64,000 nucleotides of DNA. It comes from Podarcis erhardii (lineage: Eukaryota). The notes below the pieces were generated by a model. The model did no database searches. It saw nothing but the letters and a program-made list of their open reading frames with translations, and was not told the origin of the DNA. The DNA is taken from assembly GCA_964252035.1 (NCBI GenBank), contig OZ176209.1, one strand, 5' to 3'. The translations under genes were made by a program, and so were the position numbers. Positions 62,555-64,000 of this stretch are shown piece after piece; within the stretch, counting starts at the first letter, position 1; the number at the start of each line of letters is the position of its first letter.

Positions 62555-64000
62555 TTTTCCCCTTAAATTCAGTATTTTCTACAGAATTAAATGAATAAGC
62601 TCATCTGCTCATATTGGTCTTCTACTTGGGGATGGATTGTTAAACTATTGCAATAACTGTTGGGAGATGTATCCTGAGACCATTGTGCTAGCCACATAAT
62701 GTGCCCATATCTCTTGAATGGGGGAAAGTAGCCTATGAGTGACCTATTTGTAGAGGTCAAGTAATGCCTAAAGTTTTAATACAAGCTAAGTACTCGGTAT
62801 TTGAGAGATGTTAATACTTCTTAGAAGTGGCACCATGTAAACCAGTACCACATTTTTTTCTCCTGATATTATTTCTATTTATTATGCTGTATTGTTAATG
62901 AGACTATATATGTTTGTTACTGTAATAGACTTGCCTTACAAAACACTTGAGAACATCCAACGTCTGAGGCTTGCATGCCAGAGAGAGATCTAGCCCAACA
63001 AGTTTGCAGGACTGGTTTAAATATCAACTGTGACTTGATACTATAAAGACTCTCCTCCTGCAAGAGAGGGGAGTGGTTGTGGTCGGGAGCCGGGCTCCGC
63101 CTCAAGCTGGGGGCATTAGCCCCCTGCCTCCCACTCACCTGGCTGGCGCCCACACCCACGGGCAGGCACCCAGCCAGATGCCTGCGAGGGGGCGTGTTTA
63201 GCAGCCTAAATTGCTGCGGCGCCAGCCTTCCGGCCTCACTTTTCGTCGTCCCGTCGCGAGTCTATAAGTACAAACCTTCAAGGAGCTTTTGACTTGTATG
63301 TGCACTTTTTGCCCTCCATTGCACAGGACAGTTCCCTTTCTGGTCTGAGGCAAGTCAGAGTTAGTCATTTTGTCTGAACTGTCAAACTATGGTTAGTACT
63401 TCACCTGTGGGCCAGTATTGGAAACAAAAGTTTGATCCCGTTTTCTGGCCAAAGACAAATCCTAGTTTTCCAGTTCACATAAAATCACAGCATGCAAGCC
63501 TAAAGCTTCTTGAAGGTTCATTCTAGTAGCACCAAACCAAGGTTTGACATTGTGACTGAACCTTTCTGACATTAATTTCTTCCAGAGATGAGTGCTGTAA
63601 AATAAAATATAAAACAAGGGCCCCCAACTTTTGGAGTTTTAAGGCCACCTTTGGAGATCTAAAACTCTCATGGGCATCCCAAGATATAAGTTTCAGAGAG
63701 GAAGAAAATAGTGATGCTCAGAATACCCCCCCAACAGACAAAACACCTATACATCTCTGATAACAAATATCAGATTAAAAAAGCAGTTAACATACCCTCT
63801 AAAATAGGCAACCTTCCCCAGAACAAATACAAGACAAGCAAGCCCCCCAAAACCTCATTTAAAGAAACATTAGAACTGAAGGGCAAGAGGTATTGGTGGC
63901 CACTAAGGGGGTGTCAATGAGGACACCATGGTGCCCACAGTTGTCATGTTGGTGACCCAAAGTATAGAATGTTACATGGCAAATAGAGAAAAAGTTTGGG

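Noticed and set aside
63144-63152. Retroviral primer-binding site (TGGCGCCCA)
   Set aside because: Only 9 nt match, with no adjacent LTR ending in CA and no gag/pol remnants.

Overview
This is vertebrate genomic DNA from a squamate reptile, probably a lacertid lizard judging by the Sauria SINEs and the L2/MITE families (inference). The whole window lies inside one + strand gene, EP300 (p300 acetyltransferase). It covers the 3' part of intron 1, coding exons 2-25 (16731-61727; human exon numbering recalled from memory) and the start of intron 25. All 24 exons have AG/GT boundaries and join in one open frame running through the N-terminal region, TAZ1, KIX, the Q/P-rich region, CRD1, bromodomain, RING, PHD and the start of the HAT domain. 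The introns hold Sauria SINEs, L1/L2/CR1 fragments, hAT and Tc1/pogo(Tigger)-type MITEs (several with exact TSDs) and microsatellites. The most interesting region is intron 19, within the RING-coding segment. It has a 347-nt stretch with no AG that begins at a candidate distant branch point, and two in-frame acceptors 30 nt apart that add or omit SSPKYGLLAD in the RING domain. It also has a candidate stop-containing (poison) exon and a box C/D snoRNA-like element. Other points are a (CAG)13CAA polyQ in exon 14, extra SUMO consensus motifs, an inverted SINE pair and a CpG-rich patch with a perfect antisense splice donor. No database search or folding calculation was run. All comparisons with human p300 are from memory.
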